Part shown: piece after piece, positions 48,418 to 57,443 of the stretch
How the letters are laid out: each line of letters starts with the position of its first letter
How positions within the stretch are numbered: the stretch's first letter is position 1
Virus record (IMG/VR): IMGVR_UViG_3300009512_000010
Coordinates: 1-64,000 of that record
Origin: a virus
DNA length: 64,000 nucleotides
Strand: one strand, 5' to 3'
Notes under the pieces: generated by a model
What the model was told of the DNA's origin: nothing
The model's database searches: none
Seen by the model: the letters and a program-made list of their open reading frames with translations, nothing else
Made by a program: the position numbers and the translations under genes

Positions 48418-48844
48418 TGATCATTTCCGGGGCTAAATGAGAAACGTGCTTTGAATGGCACTTTAACCCTATGAATTCATTGTAATAATTAGGGTCAAAA
48501 AGTACGTTTTTCTCGAATTGTTCTTTAGCTTCCATATAAGACATTTCCCCCTTACTGACACACAAACGCACGATAGAACGTCTAAAACGATCTCCACTAT
48601 GTTCGGTCAGTATTTGTTTGATTGCTTCGTTGGATCCATAGTAATCCATCCAGTCGGATTCTTTTACTATCACACGTTTACGGCTCTTTCCCTTAAGTGG
48701 TGGCAACCGTCTAGTAGACCAAAAGTTCTTCTTTCCGATATACTTCATACCGTTAGCGGTATCAAGGATCTCATACACAAAACCCACCCACGATGATAAC
48801 TCATCAGGGGTGGGCTTAAATTCTTTATCTTCTAATAACCACAT
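48404..48844 (-). CDS. Free-standing GIY-YIG nuclease-domain protein
   Basis: GFVYEI....GMKYIGKK, WMDYYGS, E, YYN. Confidence 0.85.
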   Translation of the reverse strand: MWLLEDKEFKPTPDELSSWVGFVYEILDTANGMKYIGKKNFWSTRRLPPLKGKSRKRVIVKESDWMDYYGSNEAIKQILTEHSGDRFRRSIVRLCVSKGEMSYMEAKEQFEKNVLFDPNYYNEFIGLKCHSKHVSHLAPEMINGGR

Positions 48845-48870
48845 AATTCACCTTTTCATTACGGTGTTAT

Positions 48871-49020
48871 TTAGTCATCTTCTAACTCTTCATATCCTTC
48901 TTCTTCCATAATGATTGGATAGCCACACATAGGACAGTGGCAAGGAACTTCTCCTGAGATTACTTCTATCAAAGTTTCCTCTTCACAGATCGTACATTCG
49001 TGTTTGATTGGTTTCGCCAT
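48871..49020 (-). CDS. 49-aa zinc-ribbon/rubredoxin-like protein
   Basis: Manual read MAKPIKHECTICEEETLIEVISGEVPCHCPMCGYPIIMEEEGYEELEDD; abuts the nrdA stop. Confidence 0.65.
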   Translation of the reverse strand: MAKPIKHECTICEEETLIEVISGEVPCHCPMCGYPIIMEEEGYEELEDD

Positions 49021-50673
49021 TTACGCCTCACATGCCGCACAGTTCATGATATCTCGTACCAATTCCTGAGCTGGGTTAGCTGATCGTTGGTAATAGAACG
49101 TCTTGACGCCCAACTTCCAACCTTCGATAATCAAAGCATTGACATCTTTTGCTGGTACATCGGGATGGATCAGAATGTTCAAGCTCTGTGCCTGATCGAT
49201 ATACTTCTGTCGAGCACCTGCTTGCTGTACAATGACCAATGGTGCAATCTCTGAGAATGTCTTAAAGACAGCTTTCTCTTCATCAGACAAGAAGTCTAGT
49301 TGTTGTACGGATCCACCGTGCTTCAGAATGTCCAACCAAGTCTTATCATCATTCTTACCATGCTTTGTCAGAACATCATCAAGATATGGGTTGCGGTATG
49401 TAAACTTACCTTTAGCCAAGTCTTTGGTGAAGTAGTTAGAAGCCAATGGTTCGATAGAAGGTGACACTTGACCTAAGATGAAAGACGAACTTGTTGTCGG
49501 AGCAATTGCACATGTAGTCAGGTTGCGCATACCATAACCAAGCATACCTTCTGGTTCACCATATTCAATAGCAAGTTCTTTAGATGCCGCCCAAGAACGG
49601 TCTTGAATGAACTTAGAGATCTCAACAGTTAGGATGTGTGCATCAAACGACTCAAATGGGATCATCTTAGACTGTAGGTACGAATGCCAACCAAGTTGAC
49701 CTAGACCCAAAGCTCTCCAACGTCGAGCAAACTTGTTAGACGAACCCATGAATGGAACATCATCAGTCTTCTCAATGTATTCTTCCATGACAGCATCAAG
49801 GAACCAAATCATTGTCTCAACAGCGTCTGTCTCTTTCCACTCATCATACTTCAGTACGTTCATAGATGCTAGGTTGCACACAAACGATTCATCTTCTGAA
49901 GATGGTAGTGCAATCTCTGAACATAAGTTAGATGCCCAAATCTTGATACCCTGATCACGCAATGCTTTTGGTGCGGCATTATTAATCGTATCTTTAAAGA
50001 ACAAATAAGGATAGCCACTCTCACGGCGTTTGCGTAGGATACGTGCCCAAACAGTACGCTTGTCCTGATCACCGTCGATCATAGACTGCATCCACTCATC
50101 ACCAATACAAACACCAAGGCTTAGATTGATGATAGAGGATCCCTCTTCACGTGCATCTAGGAACTCCATGATGTCAGGAGATTCAACATCAAGATATGCC
50201 GCCATGGATCCACGACGAACATTACCCTGTGCCACAACATCAACTGTTGTTTCCCATAGGTTCATAAAGTGTACAGGACCATCGGCTGTACCACCACTCT
50301 TAATAGGAGCACCTCGGTGACGTAGTGCACCAAAGTATGCAGATGTGCCTGCACCCATCTTAGTCTGCATACCAACTTCTGCAACCTTAGCTAAGATCGA
50401 TGGCATGTTGTCCTCTACCTTAACCCCATTGCATGAGATTGGTAGTCCTTTACTTGTAGCATAGTTTGCCCACACAGGAGAAGACAATGAATAGAAGCCA
50501 CGACTCATATAGTCGTAGAACTTATCAGCCCATCCTGTGCCTTCCAAGCCAAGAGATTTCTCCCCAGCTTGTGCAATATTTCTTGTTCTTTCTTCAACGG
50601 TCATATTACCGTCGATGTATCCACGGCTCAAAAACTTCCGTGAATCATCATTTGCCCATTCGAAACCCATCAT
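49021..50673 (-). CDS. nrdA: Ribonucleotide reductase class I alpha subunit
   Basis: PISC, VAQGNVRRG, SNLCSEI, CNLAS, APTTSS, DQAQSLN, KTFYY, terminal CAAC. Confidence 0.96.
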   Translation of the reverse strand: MMGFEWANDDSRKFLSRGYIDGNMTVEERTRNIAQAGEKSLGLEGTGWADKFYDYMSRGFYSLSSPVWANYATSKGLPISCNGVKVEDNMPSILAKVAEVGMQTKMGAGTSAYFGALRHRGAPIKSGGTADGPVHFMNLWETTVDVVAQGNVRRGSMAAYLDVESPDIMEFLDAREEGSSIINLSLGVCIGDEWMQSMIDGDQDKRTVWARILRKRRESGYPYLFFKDTINNAAPKALRDQGIKIWASNLCSEIALPSSEDESFVCNLASMNVLKYDEWKETDAVETMIWFLDAVMEEYIEKTDDVPFMGSSNKFARRWRALGLGQLGWHSYLQSKMIPFESFDAHILTVEISKFIQDRSWAASKELAIEYGEPEGMLGYGMRNLTTCAIAPTTSSSFILGQVSPSIEPLASNYFTKDLAKGKFTYRNPYLDDVLTKHGKNDDKTWLDILKHGGSVQQLDFLSDEEKAVFKTFSEIAPLVIVQQAGARQKYIDQAQSLNILIHPDVPAKDVNALIIEGWKLGVKTFYYQRSANPAQELVRDIMNCAACEA

Positions 50674-50680
50674 ATATCCT

Positions 50681-51652
50681 CTAAAATAAATCGTCTGCGG
50701 AGATGCCTTTACCCTTTGCATACTCAACAGGTCTCTTCTGAAAGAAGTCTGTCATGTTTGCGCCAAATAGTTCTTCATCAAACCAGAACGTTTGCTTAAT
50801 GTGATCATCGTCATAAACGATTTCACTGCTATCTATGCCAATTGAATCCATGCTATCTGACATGCGTTTCGCAATGAAAGACTTTAGGATATCAGCACTT
50901 AGACCATCGGCGGTGTGTCCGTCCATAATCCACTCAATAACTTTACTCTCAGCCTTCAAAGACTCAATGCACTCATGCTTGATACGCTCTTCTAGCTCTT
51001 CGTCAAACAGTTCTGGATACTCTTCACGCAATGTCTGGATCAGCTTGATGCCAACTTGAGCATGCAACATCTCTTCGTTACGTGTGTATTGTACTTGTTG
51101 TGCACAGTCCTTCATTACCGCTTTGTTGCGATTCATGTGCATGATAATGTAGAACTGTGAGAACAAACTAACATTTTCCACAAACAATGTAAAGAGGATA
51201 ATTGAGTAGATGTACTGCTTTCGGTCATCAGCATATACTTTTTTATTGTATTTACGTAGGTAATCTACACGACCCTTTACGACCTCTACATTGAGGTTCT
51301 CTTCGAATACATGGGTGAGGTGTAGAACATCTAAGATCTTTTCATAAGCCATGTTGTGAATGACTTCTGAGTTCGCCATAGCGTAACCTAGATCTTTAAT
51401 TGATGGGTGTGGTAGGTTGTTACCTACGTCTGCCCAAAATGATTTAACCGCAATTTCAATCTGTCCAATAGCGGACATTGTTTTGACAACAACTTGTTGT
51501 TCTGCTGGGGTTAAATCATTTTTGAATTGGGAATAGTCTGAGCGGAAATTGAATTCTTCGGGTGTCCAAAAGCCTTTCCAAATCGCCTCAATGAACTGTT
51601 TAGTCCAAGGGTATTGATCAGGCTTTCGTGAGATTTGTTCTTCGAACAACAT
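50681..51652 (-). CDS. nrdB: Ribonucleotide reductase class I beta subunit
   Basis: FWTPEE, SEVIH..AY, VENVSLFSQF, EEMLH, DFF.KRP.EY. Confidence 0.95.
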   Translation of the reverse strand: MLFEEQISRKPDQYPWTKQFIEAIWKGFWTPEEFNFRSDYSQFKNDLTPAEQQVVVKTMSAIGQIEIAVKSFWADVGNNLPHPSIKDLGYAMANSEVIHNMAYEKILDVLHLTHVFEENLNVEVVKGRVDYLRKYNKKVYADDRKQYIYSIILFTLFVENVSLFSQFYIIMHMNRNKAVMKDCAQQVQYTRNEEMLHAQVGIKLIQTLREEYPELFDEELEERIKHECIESLKAESKVIEWIMDGHTADGLSADILKSFIAKRMSDSMDSIGIDSSEIVYDDDHIKQTFWFDEELFGANMTDFFQKRPVEYAKGKGISADDLF

Positions 51653-51706
51653 AAACGGCGTCTCCATAGAAAATGGGATGAGAGAATACTCACCCCAGTT
51701 GGTAGT

Positions 51707-51735
51707 AGTATATAGCATGTTGGGTAGTTTGTAAA
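51707..51735 (-). promoter_or_regulatory. Sigma70 promoter for nrdB-nrdA
   Basis: TTTACA-17-TATACT. Confidence 0.6.
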
Positions 51736-51780
51736 TAGCTAAATGTAGTAGATAATCAAATTAATGTACTACATGTGACA

Positions 51781-52179
51781 CTAAGGCTCAGATGGTGTTA
51801 GAGCTTCTTCATAGTAGCCTACAACAGCCTGTGTGTCTTTGATATATCGGCGTAGATCCCCAATACCCAAGGCAAGGTTTTCATATCCTTTAGGTGTAAT
51901 AGCAAAGAAGACTGGTTGTCCAGTATCGTTTTGAACTCTCTCTAGGAATTCCTCAACGTTATCTCCGTTAACCACATACCAATCCACAGGTGGCATTGAT
52001 ACACCTTTGGGACGTGCTTGGATAGGCACCGATTGCTCCACAAACTCTGTCTGTGTAATGATTTTTGGTTCGATTAGTCGAGACGCCGCACCACAGTTAA
52101 TCAGCAGTAGCGGTGCTGTCAACAGGAGGAGATGTCTCAGTTTCAATTCTTTTAATAAGTTTAGCGACTGCATTGTCAA
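51781..52179 (-). CDS. Putative outer-membrane spanin (lipoprotein); start uncertain
   Basis: Hydrophobic leader with LINC lipobox, Pro-rich segment, YENLAL..DL.RYI; overlaps the i-spanin 3' end. Confidence 0.7.
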   Translation of the reverse strand: MTMQSLNLLKELKLRHLLLLTAPLLLINCGAASRLIEPKIITQTEFVEQSVPIQARPKGVSMPPVDWYVVNGDNVEEFLERVQNDTGQPVFFAITPKGYENLALGIGDLRRYIKDTQAVVGYYEEALTPSEP

Positions 52180-52501
52180 CCCTTTCTTCCAAACCCTGTG
52201 GGTTTGTTATAGCTTCCATAGTTAAATCAATCTTCGAGAACTTGTTTCTCAAAGCGTCCAAGTGCACCTGTGAGTTCTGTAGTGCTTTAGATAGGTTTGC
52301 GTTCAATTCTTCATTACGTTCCGCATTCTCTGTCATCGTTTTGATGGTGTTAGCTTGTGTGACCGTAACGGCCTCTAGCTTCACATTGTTCTCACGAAGA
52401 GTATTCATAGTTTCTTGGCTCCATAGGTAGTATTTGTAACCACCATATCCAGCCGATCCCATAATCCCTACGACTATAAGAAATAGATATACTTTAATCA
52501 T
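52097..52501 (-). CDS. Putative inner-membrane spanin
   Basis: N-terminal TM followed by long coiled coil. Confidence 0.7.
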   Translation of the reverse strand: MIKVYLFLIVVGIMGSAGYGGYKYYLWSQETMNTLRENNVKLEAVTVTQANTIKTMTENAERNEELNANLSKALQNSQVHLDALRNKFSKIDLTMEAITNPQGLEERVDNAVAKLIKRIETETSPPVDSTATAD

Positions 52502-52670
52502 AACTCAATCCTTCCACAAACTTCCTAAACCGCTTTAGCAGTACAGGTTGTTTCTTCTTTGAATGTCTTTTGTCAGTTACATTGATCTCTTTAGGCTTAG
52601 GCAATGCATTCGGTGCCATGTCCACGCCACCATGAGCGATAGAGTTAGTCGGTGCATCTTCTTTAATCAT
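52494..52670 (-). CDS. 58-aa basic protein
   Basis: Manual read MIKEDAPTNSIAHGGVD...VLLKRFRKFVE; fills the gap with short overlaps at both ends. Confidence 0.6.
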   Translation of the reverse strand: MIKEDAPTNSIAHGGVDMAPNALPKPKEINVTDKRHSKKKQPVLLKRFRKFVEGLSYD

Positions 52671-53227
52671 CTGATTAGTTCCCCTGCCGTTATATAGATA
52701 TTCTTACCTGTTCGCATATGAGTTACCTCATAGATGTCTAATCCTAGAACTTCGCCAACAGGGAATGTATCTTCTTTAATTCGTACTTGATCTCTTTTGA
52801 TAACAACTTCATCACAAGTTTCGTTGATTACCTTGCTTCCGTTCACCCTAAACACTCCGGGAGACAGTTGCTTGTTTTCCAAAACAAACCACTCACTGGA
52901 CTCTGCTACCATATCAACTGGATCTATCCCACTCTCTTTGAGGATCTTGTCAAAGCAGGTTACTCCATACTTCTCCTTTAAAAGGAATAGTGCGGCGGCA
53001 TATGAGCCAAATCGTTTTCCGGGCAAAAGCCTCTTGATGTTGAACACGAGCTTGTGAAAAGCATTATAAACATTCTTGTCTTCTGGTGTGACTGCTTTCT
53101 TTATAACTTTCCCCGAACCGTCAATAAGACCTGCTTCGAATGCACCTGTGTTTTCCCAAGGCGTGGTTAGTAGCCTCAGAAAGCGCAAGGTGTATACTAG
53201 ATCTCCTGCTCTGGATAGAATGCCCAT
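52667..53227 (-). CDS. Conserved hypothetical protein of T4-like phages
   Basis: RFLRLLTTPW..T.AF..GLID..G, FHKLVFNIKRLL, SYAAALFLLKE. Confidence 0.8.
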   Translation of the reverse strand: MGILSRAGDLVYTLRFLRLLTTPWENTGAFEAGLIDGSGKVIKKAVTPEDKNVYNAFHKLVFNIKRLLPGKRFGSYAAALFLLKEKYGVTCFDKILKESGIDPVDMVAESSEWFVLENKQLSPGVFRVNGSKVINETCDEVVIKRDQVRIKEDTFPVGEVLGLDIYEVTHMRTGKNIYITAGELIR

Positions 53228-53590
53228 TTAGATGTTCCTCAACCTTTCGACCACTTGTGGATCCATAGGCGTATTTGTTATTTCGTCGTTTTTAATGTAT
53301 CTTAGAAAAACTAAGAATGGTTTTATCACACTCATCTGACTATCTGTCAGTTTAATCTTCAACATATTAACACCCGGTGTGATACCAAACACATTATGAA
53401 TGACTATCAAGTGATTGAGTATTAAGCGGTCAGCTAGGTAATCTGTTTCGATATACCTATTCACCAACCGCTTAATATACTTAAGTCGTTTTAAGTCCTC
53501 TATGAATTCCTCATGATCTGAACCAAGTGGATTGTAGTAATGCTTGGCGGCATATAGTGGGATGTTATCCTCAGTTAATTGCATTTCCAT
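53228..53590 (-). CDS. Conserved hypothetical protein of T4-like phages
   Basis: YAAKHYYNP, EF.EDLKR.KYIKRL, RLILNHLI...NVFG. Confidence 0.8.
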   Translation of the reverse strand: MEMQLTEDNIPLYAAKHYYNPLGSDHEEFIEDLKRLKYIKRLVNRYIETDYLADRLILNHLIVIHNVFGITPGVNMLKIKLTDSQMSVIKPFLVFLRYIKNDEITNTPMDPQVVERLRNI

Positions 53591-53606
53591 AGATTGTTCA
53601 CTTTGA

Positions 53607-53942
53607 TTAGGAGAATTTAATTGCTTTCTTAACACTATCTATCAAAGTTTTTTTACCCTTTCGGCGGTCAAGTTCGATACCATTTTGACGCCCAAGAGCC
53701 TCAAGTTGTACCTTAGTCATACTATCCAAGTCGCCTGCAACAGGAGCTTCAGTCAACATAGAAGGTTCTGGTGTTTGTGGAACTTCCACGATCACTTCGG
53801 GTTCACCGTTCATATGGTTCATGTACTCGTCTACCTGTTCTTGAGTGAAGCGCATAGGCTTCAAGATTTCTCTACGTGCGTGGTGTTTCCAACCACGTAC
53901 TGTTGGAACTGCCTTTGAGCACCATTGTGGGGGTTTAATCAT
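53607..53942 (-). CDS. Hypothetical protein with C-terminal Rho-N/HeH-like motif
   Basis: LDSMTKVQLEALGRQNGIELDRRKGKKTLI. Confidence 0.65.
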   Translation of the reverse strand: MIKPPQWCSKAVPTVRGWKHHARREILKPMRFTQEQVDEYMNHMNGEPEVIVEVPQTPEPSMLTEAPVAGDLDSMTKVQLEALGRQNGIELDRRKGKKTLIDSVKKAIKFS

Positions 53943-54887
53943 TTACATCCTTCCTTCTGGCTTATCCGCCTTCAAGTCGCCTTGCTTATTGTCGCCTGGA
54001 CGAAGTGGAGCGGCTTTCATTGGGTTATCAATAGCATGTTTATTCTTAGCCATTGCAATTGTAATATCGGCTTTATCTGCTTGCCTGTCTGCCGTGCCCA
54101 TCTTCTCATGGTCATCAACAAACTTCTTTTCTTCACCAGATTGATTATCTTCTGGATCCATAGCTTTAACAGAGTTCTTAGTTTGATCACCACGAACCTT
54201 TTCCATGATACGATTGTATACAGTCCACTTAGTATTTTCTGTTTTGGTTTCTGTTTTGGTTTCTGCTTTAGGATTCATAACAGCCTTCTCAGCACCACCC
54301 TTTTCAACATCAGGGTTCTTTGGGCAATCCTTAGCATGGTTCTCTGTAGATCCATCGCATTCACTACAAGGAGTAGTTTCATCTGCTTCTTCGGTATAAG
54401 CTTTAAGAGACTTACGGCGACCAGATTTCACATGGCGACCCATAGCATCAGCATGCGCTTTATCTTTTGCACGTTGAATTTTAATGGAATCTCCACCCAT
54501 CTTTGGAGCACCTTTGCGACGAGCGGCTTCTTCAAGATCGACCTCTTCTTTGGCAATAGATTTGCCAACAGCCTTACGGCGTTTATGAAGGTACTCATCA
54601 GACGAGTCAGTATCACCATCGTTGTCAAGATCTTTATCTTTACGATCTTTGAACTTCTTCTTAGCGGCTTTAGGATCTGCTTTATCTAGACCTTCGCCAT
54701 CATCGGACTTGTCGTTAGAAGCATCTTCTTCAACTTCTTCCTTCTTGTCCCACGGTGCCTTCTTAAGAGACACCTTGTCTTTTGGTTGAGCATCTTTAGC
54801 GGCTTTAGCCAATGCTCTTTGCTTTAGTGTAGCTTCTTGGACTTCTGCGTATGCATCGCCCAATCTGTTCATTACATCTTTTTCCAT
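53943..54887 (-). CDS. Highly charged putative internal head protein
   Basis: Lys/Glu/Asp-rich, DLDNDGDTDSSDEYLHKRRKA motif, several [LV]-x-E sites. Confidence 0.65.
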   Translation of the reverse strand: MEKDVMNRLGDAYAEVQEATLKQRALAKAAKDAQPKDKVSLKKAPWDKKEEVEEDASNDKSDDGEGLDKADPKAAKKKFKDRKDKDLDNDGDTDSSDEYLHKRRKAVGKSIAKEEVDLEEAARRKGAPKMGGDSIKIQRAKDKAHADAMGRHVKSGRRKSLKAYTEEADETTPCSECDGSTENHAKDCPKNPDVEKGGAEKAVMNPKAETKTETKTENTKWTVYNRIMEKVRGDQTKNSVKAMDPEDNQSGEEKKFVDDHEKMGTADRQADKADITIAMAKNKHAIDNPMKAAPLRPGDNKQGDLKADKPEGRM

Positions 54888-54900
54888 GTGTGTTTTCCTT

Positions 54901-55176
54901 TTACATCCACAATTGGGCGGCAATTGATCCTGAGATAGCAACAACTGCTACCCAGAATAGTTTGTTAATGAGACCTACAGTTGCGGCATTGTCCGCAACC
55001 GACTTCTCTATATCATCCAGTTTCTGACTGAACTTATTCATTCTATCATAATTTGCAGAGTTCTTCAACTCCATTTGTATCAATTTCTCTTCGGTTCGTG
55101 CGATAGCTATCAGTGCGTCAGATAGTTTATCTATCTTCGCTTCAATTCTATCCAATCTGTGCAAGTCATCTGGCAT
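54901..55176 (-). CDS. Coiled-coil protein with C-terminal TM (XhlA/holin-like architecture)
   Basis: RLDRIEAKIDKL...KLFWVAVVAISGSIAAQLWM. Confidence 0.65.
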   Translation of the reverse strand: MPDDLHRLDRIEAKIDKLSDALIAIARTEEKLIQMELKNSANYDRMNKFSQKLDDIEKSVADNAATVGLINKLFWVAVVAISGSIAAQLWM

Positions 55177-55247
55177 ATTAATCCACTTTTCCCATTTTTA
55201 GGTTATTGTTACTACTACTGCTTTGGTCTTCTGGTCTTACGAACCAA

Positions 55248-56297
55248 TTACTTATTTCTTGGTGGTAGGGATTTGCTTTCTTGCATATTGTTATTACTAG
55301 ACCGAACAAGAGTGATGTCACTAGTATCATTGCGATCATACACACCATAGTCTTTATTGGCCTTCGGGGTTCTAAACGGATCATTTAGTTTAACCTTTCT
55401 ACCTTGATATTCCGCTTCTGTTATAAAACTTGCAAATGAATATTTGGTATCTGGTTTGGCTACATCTTCCTTAACATGTCCGCACACTTTACCACTAACC
55501 TTCTCCACTGACTCCAACCATTGACGTGTTCGTCCTTTGGCTGTGTCAACAATTAGGTAGTTAGCACCAAGCATTGAGATAGTTCCTACCTCATCGCTTT
55601 CTTTAATAATTACGGAATCTCCGAGCGAAAAGAGATCTCCATTTACAAAAGCTTCACGTTCTTCAGAGACTGACTCTAGTTCTACGTGATGCCTAAACGA
55701 TGCTTCTTCCTTAATGCCCATAGCATTACGAATATCGCTGAATAGCTTTTTCGCATCTGAATTACTTAATGGTTTGGGTACACCCTGTGAAAATGTGGTG
55801 AAGTCATTGGCCTTCGCACTTCCACGTTGTTTGCTAGAACTTTCTAAATCTGGATTTTCGCCAGCCGATACGACTGTGATCTTCTTAAAGTTATAGAAAC
55901 CATGTCTACCCTTGACACCGTTATATTTTTGTAGTAGAATCTCGAATTCGTTTACCCTCTCAGACCCAACAGTCATCACAACAGTCTTAAAACCCTCATC
56001 ATATAGCACAGTTGCTACATCTATAGGTTTCTTAACTTTAGTGTTGACCATGATCTGTCGAGCATGCTTGGGAAACATCTTTCGAGCATACTTAATCTTT
56101 TCTTTGTACAACAAAGGGTTCTTGTTCTTGTCTTGACTTTGTGACAAGTAAACCCTATACGGATTCCTACCCGCTTTAGCCGCTAGTTTATTCAATAGTT
56201 TGTCATGATCAATAGTCGGAGGATTCATTTCACCAAAAGTGAAATAAACAGCTTGCTCCTCTTCGACTAAGAACTGGCTAAATGATGCGAATGCCAT
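55248..56297 (-). CDS. Cytidylyltransferase-like (HIGH-type nucleotidyltransferase) protein, divergent
   Basis: FTFGEMNPPTIDH, KNPL.Y..K....RKMFP, VGSERV.EF..LL.KYNG, VVSAG. Confidence 0.75.
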   Translation of the reverse strand: MAFASFSQFLVEEEQAVYFTFGEMNPPTIDHDKLLNKLAAKAGRNPYRVYLSQSQDKNKNPLLYKEKIKYARKMFPKHARQIMVNTKVKKPIDVATVLYDEGFKTVVMTVGSERVNEFEILLQKYNGVKGRHGFYNFKKITVVSAGENPDLESSSKQRGSAKANDFTTFSQGVPKPLSNSDAKKLFSDIRNAMGIKEEASFRHHVELESVSEEREAFVNGDLFSLGDSVIIKESDEVGTISMLGANYLIVDTAKGRTRQWLESVEKVSGKVCGHVKEDVAKPDTKYSFASFITEAEYQGRKVKLNDPFRTPKANKDYGVYDRNDTSDITLVRSSNNNMQESKSLPPRNK

Positions 56298-56302
56298 AAA
56301 GG

Positions 56303-57151
56303 TTACTTCTTTCCACGTTTTCTTGCTATCTCTGCTTTACGCACATCTTTCATCATACGCTTTGCTATATTATTTATACGTGGTCTCATCTTGTCTAAAC
56401 GCTTTTCGATCTCAGCCTTACGTGCTGGAGTCATGTCCTTTTTAGGACCATCCTTAGCAATCTTAAGAGCCATTTGAGTACGAGCCTGTCTTTGGGCACG
56501 TTTCTTCAACTTATCTGTAGAAGCAATCTTATTAGCGGCTTTACGTCTGCCCATTGCCATCTTGGTCTTGTTCTTACGAGCGGAAATACCCCGATCACGG
56601 CGTTGCTTGATATTTAGAACCTCATCCAGTTCTTCATTAGGAAACATCATAGCCGTTGCACGTGCAGTAGCTTCTGGTGTACCCTCTTGGTGTACGTTAG
56701 GATCATAATCCTCATCAAATTTGATATTTGGATACTTTTTACGGAAATCTGCATGATCTTTAGCGGCGGCTTTAGATCTAGCACTAGCATCCTTCTGATC
56801 TTTTTGGTTCTGAGAGTGTGTCTTATTTACAGACCTTGCGAATGCAGTACCCTTCACACCTTTGCGGTGTAACAGACCCTTATGACGAATACCTTCTTCT
56901 ACAGGATTGTCACGCATGCGTGGCTCTCTACGGTTCTCGCCCGGATCTTCGAGACGTAAGTTCTTAGGATCGTTGTTCAAAGGATCATTGTCCTTGTGCC
57001 CAACGTCTTTGCCCTTGACGTTCATCTTCTTAGCCATCAAACGTCGAGCTTTATTACGAGAAGATCTCTTCTCGATTTGCTCAGGTTTACCCTGATAGTT
57101 TTCGTATTCTTTGGCATAGTTTCGTTCTAAGAACAACTTAAACGTTTTCAT
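56303..57151 (-). CDS. HNH-domain protein with capsid-targeting-like N-terminus
   Basis: MKTFKLFLE; RNYAKEY...RNKARR...DVGHKDNDPLNN.PKNL......NR. Confidence 0.7.
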   Translation of the reverse strand: MKTFKLFLERNYAKEYENYQGKPEQIEKRSSRNKARRLMAKKMNVKGKDVGHKDNDPLNNDPKNLRLEDPGENRREPRMRDNPVEEGIRHKGLLHRKGVKGTAFARSVNKTHSQNQKDQKDASARSKAAAKDHADFRKKYPNIKFDEDYDPNVHQEGTPEATARATAMMFPNEELDEVLNIKQRRDRGISARKNKTKMAMGRRKAANKIASTDKLKKRAQRQARTQMALKIAKDGPKKDMTPARKAEIEKRLDKMRPRINNIAKRMMKDVRKAEIARKRGKK

Positions 57152-57442
57152 TTAACACTTCCACCTTCTAAGCGACATTGCTTTACGAGTTGGTCTACCC
57201 TTCTCGTCTTTCATAGGACCCTTCATTCCACTCATACGAGCACAGAATGATTTGCGGCGTCCAGCATCTTTACTGCCTGCTTTAACTTTGCCTGTAACGG
57301 CTGTTTTGAGTTTACTTCCTGGGTTCTTACGTCTATAGGCGGCGACACCTTTAGGGGTCATACCAGCACCATCTTTGGTTGCTATCTTGTGTCCCTTGGA
57401 ATCTTCCCCACGAGCTTCTCGTATTGCCTTAAACGTTTTCAT
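57152..57442 (-). CDS. Basic protein, DUF6321-like
   Basis: MKTFKAIREA; GMTPKGVAAYRRKNPGSKLK, RRKSFCARMSG, SLRRWKC. Confidence 0.75.
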   Translation of the reverse strand: MKTFKAIREARGEDSKGHKIATKDGAGMTPKGVAAYRRKNPGSKLKTAVTGKVKAGSKDAGRRKSFCARMSGMKGPMKDEKGRPTRKAMSLRRWKC

Positions 57443-57443
57443 G

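Noticed and set aside
48404-51652. Group I intron or intein in nrdA/nrdB linked to the GIY-YIG gene
   Set aside because: Both nrd ORFs are continuous and compact; the GIY-YIG gene is free-standing
53925-54689. 254-aa hydrophobic ORF
   Set aside because: Shadow frame of the charged 53943-54887 gene; the hydrophobicity is a by-product of its Lys/Glu codons
47209-56378. TATAAATA copies inside genes (47209-47216 in rnh, 56371-56378 in the HNH gene)
   Set aside because: Could be real internal late promoters but cannot be told from chance matches in AT-rich coding DNA
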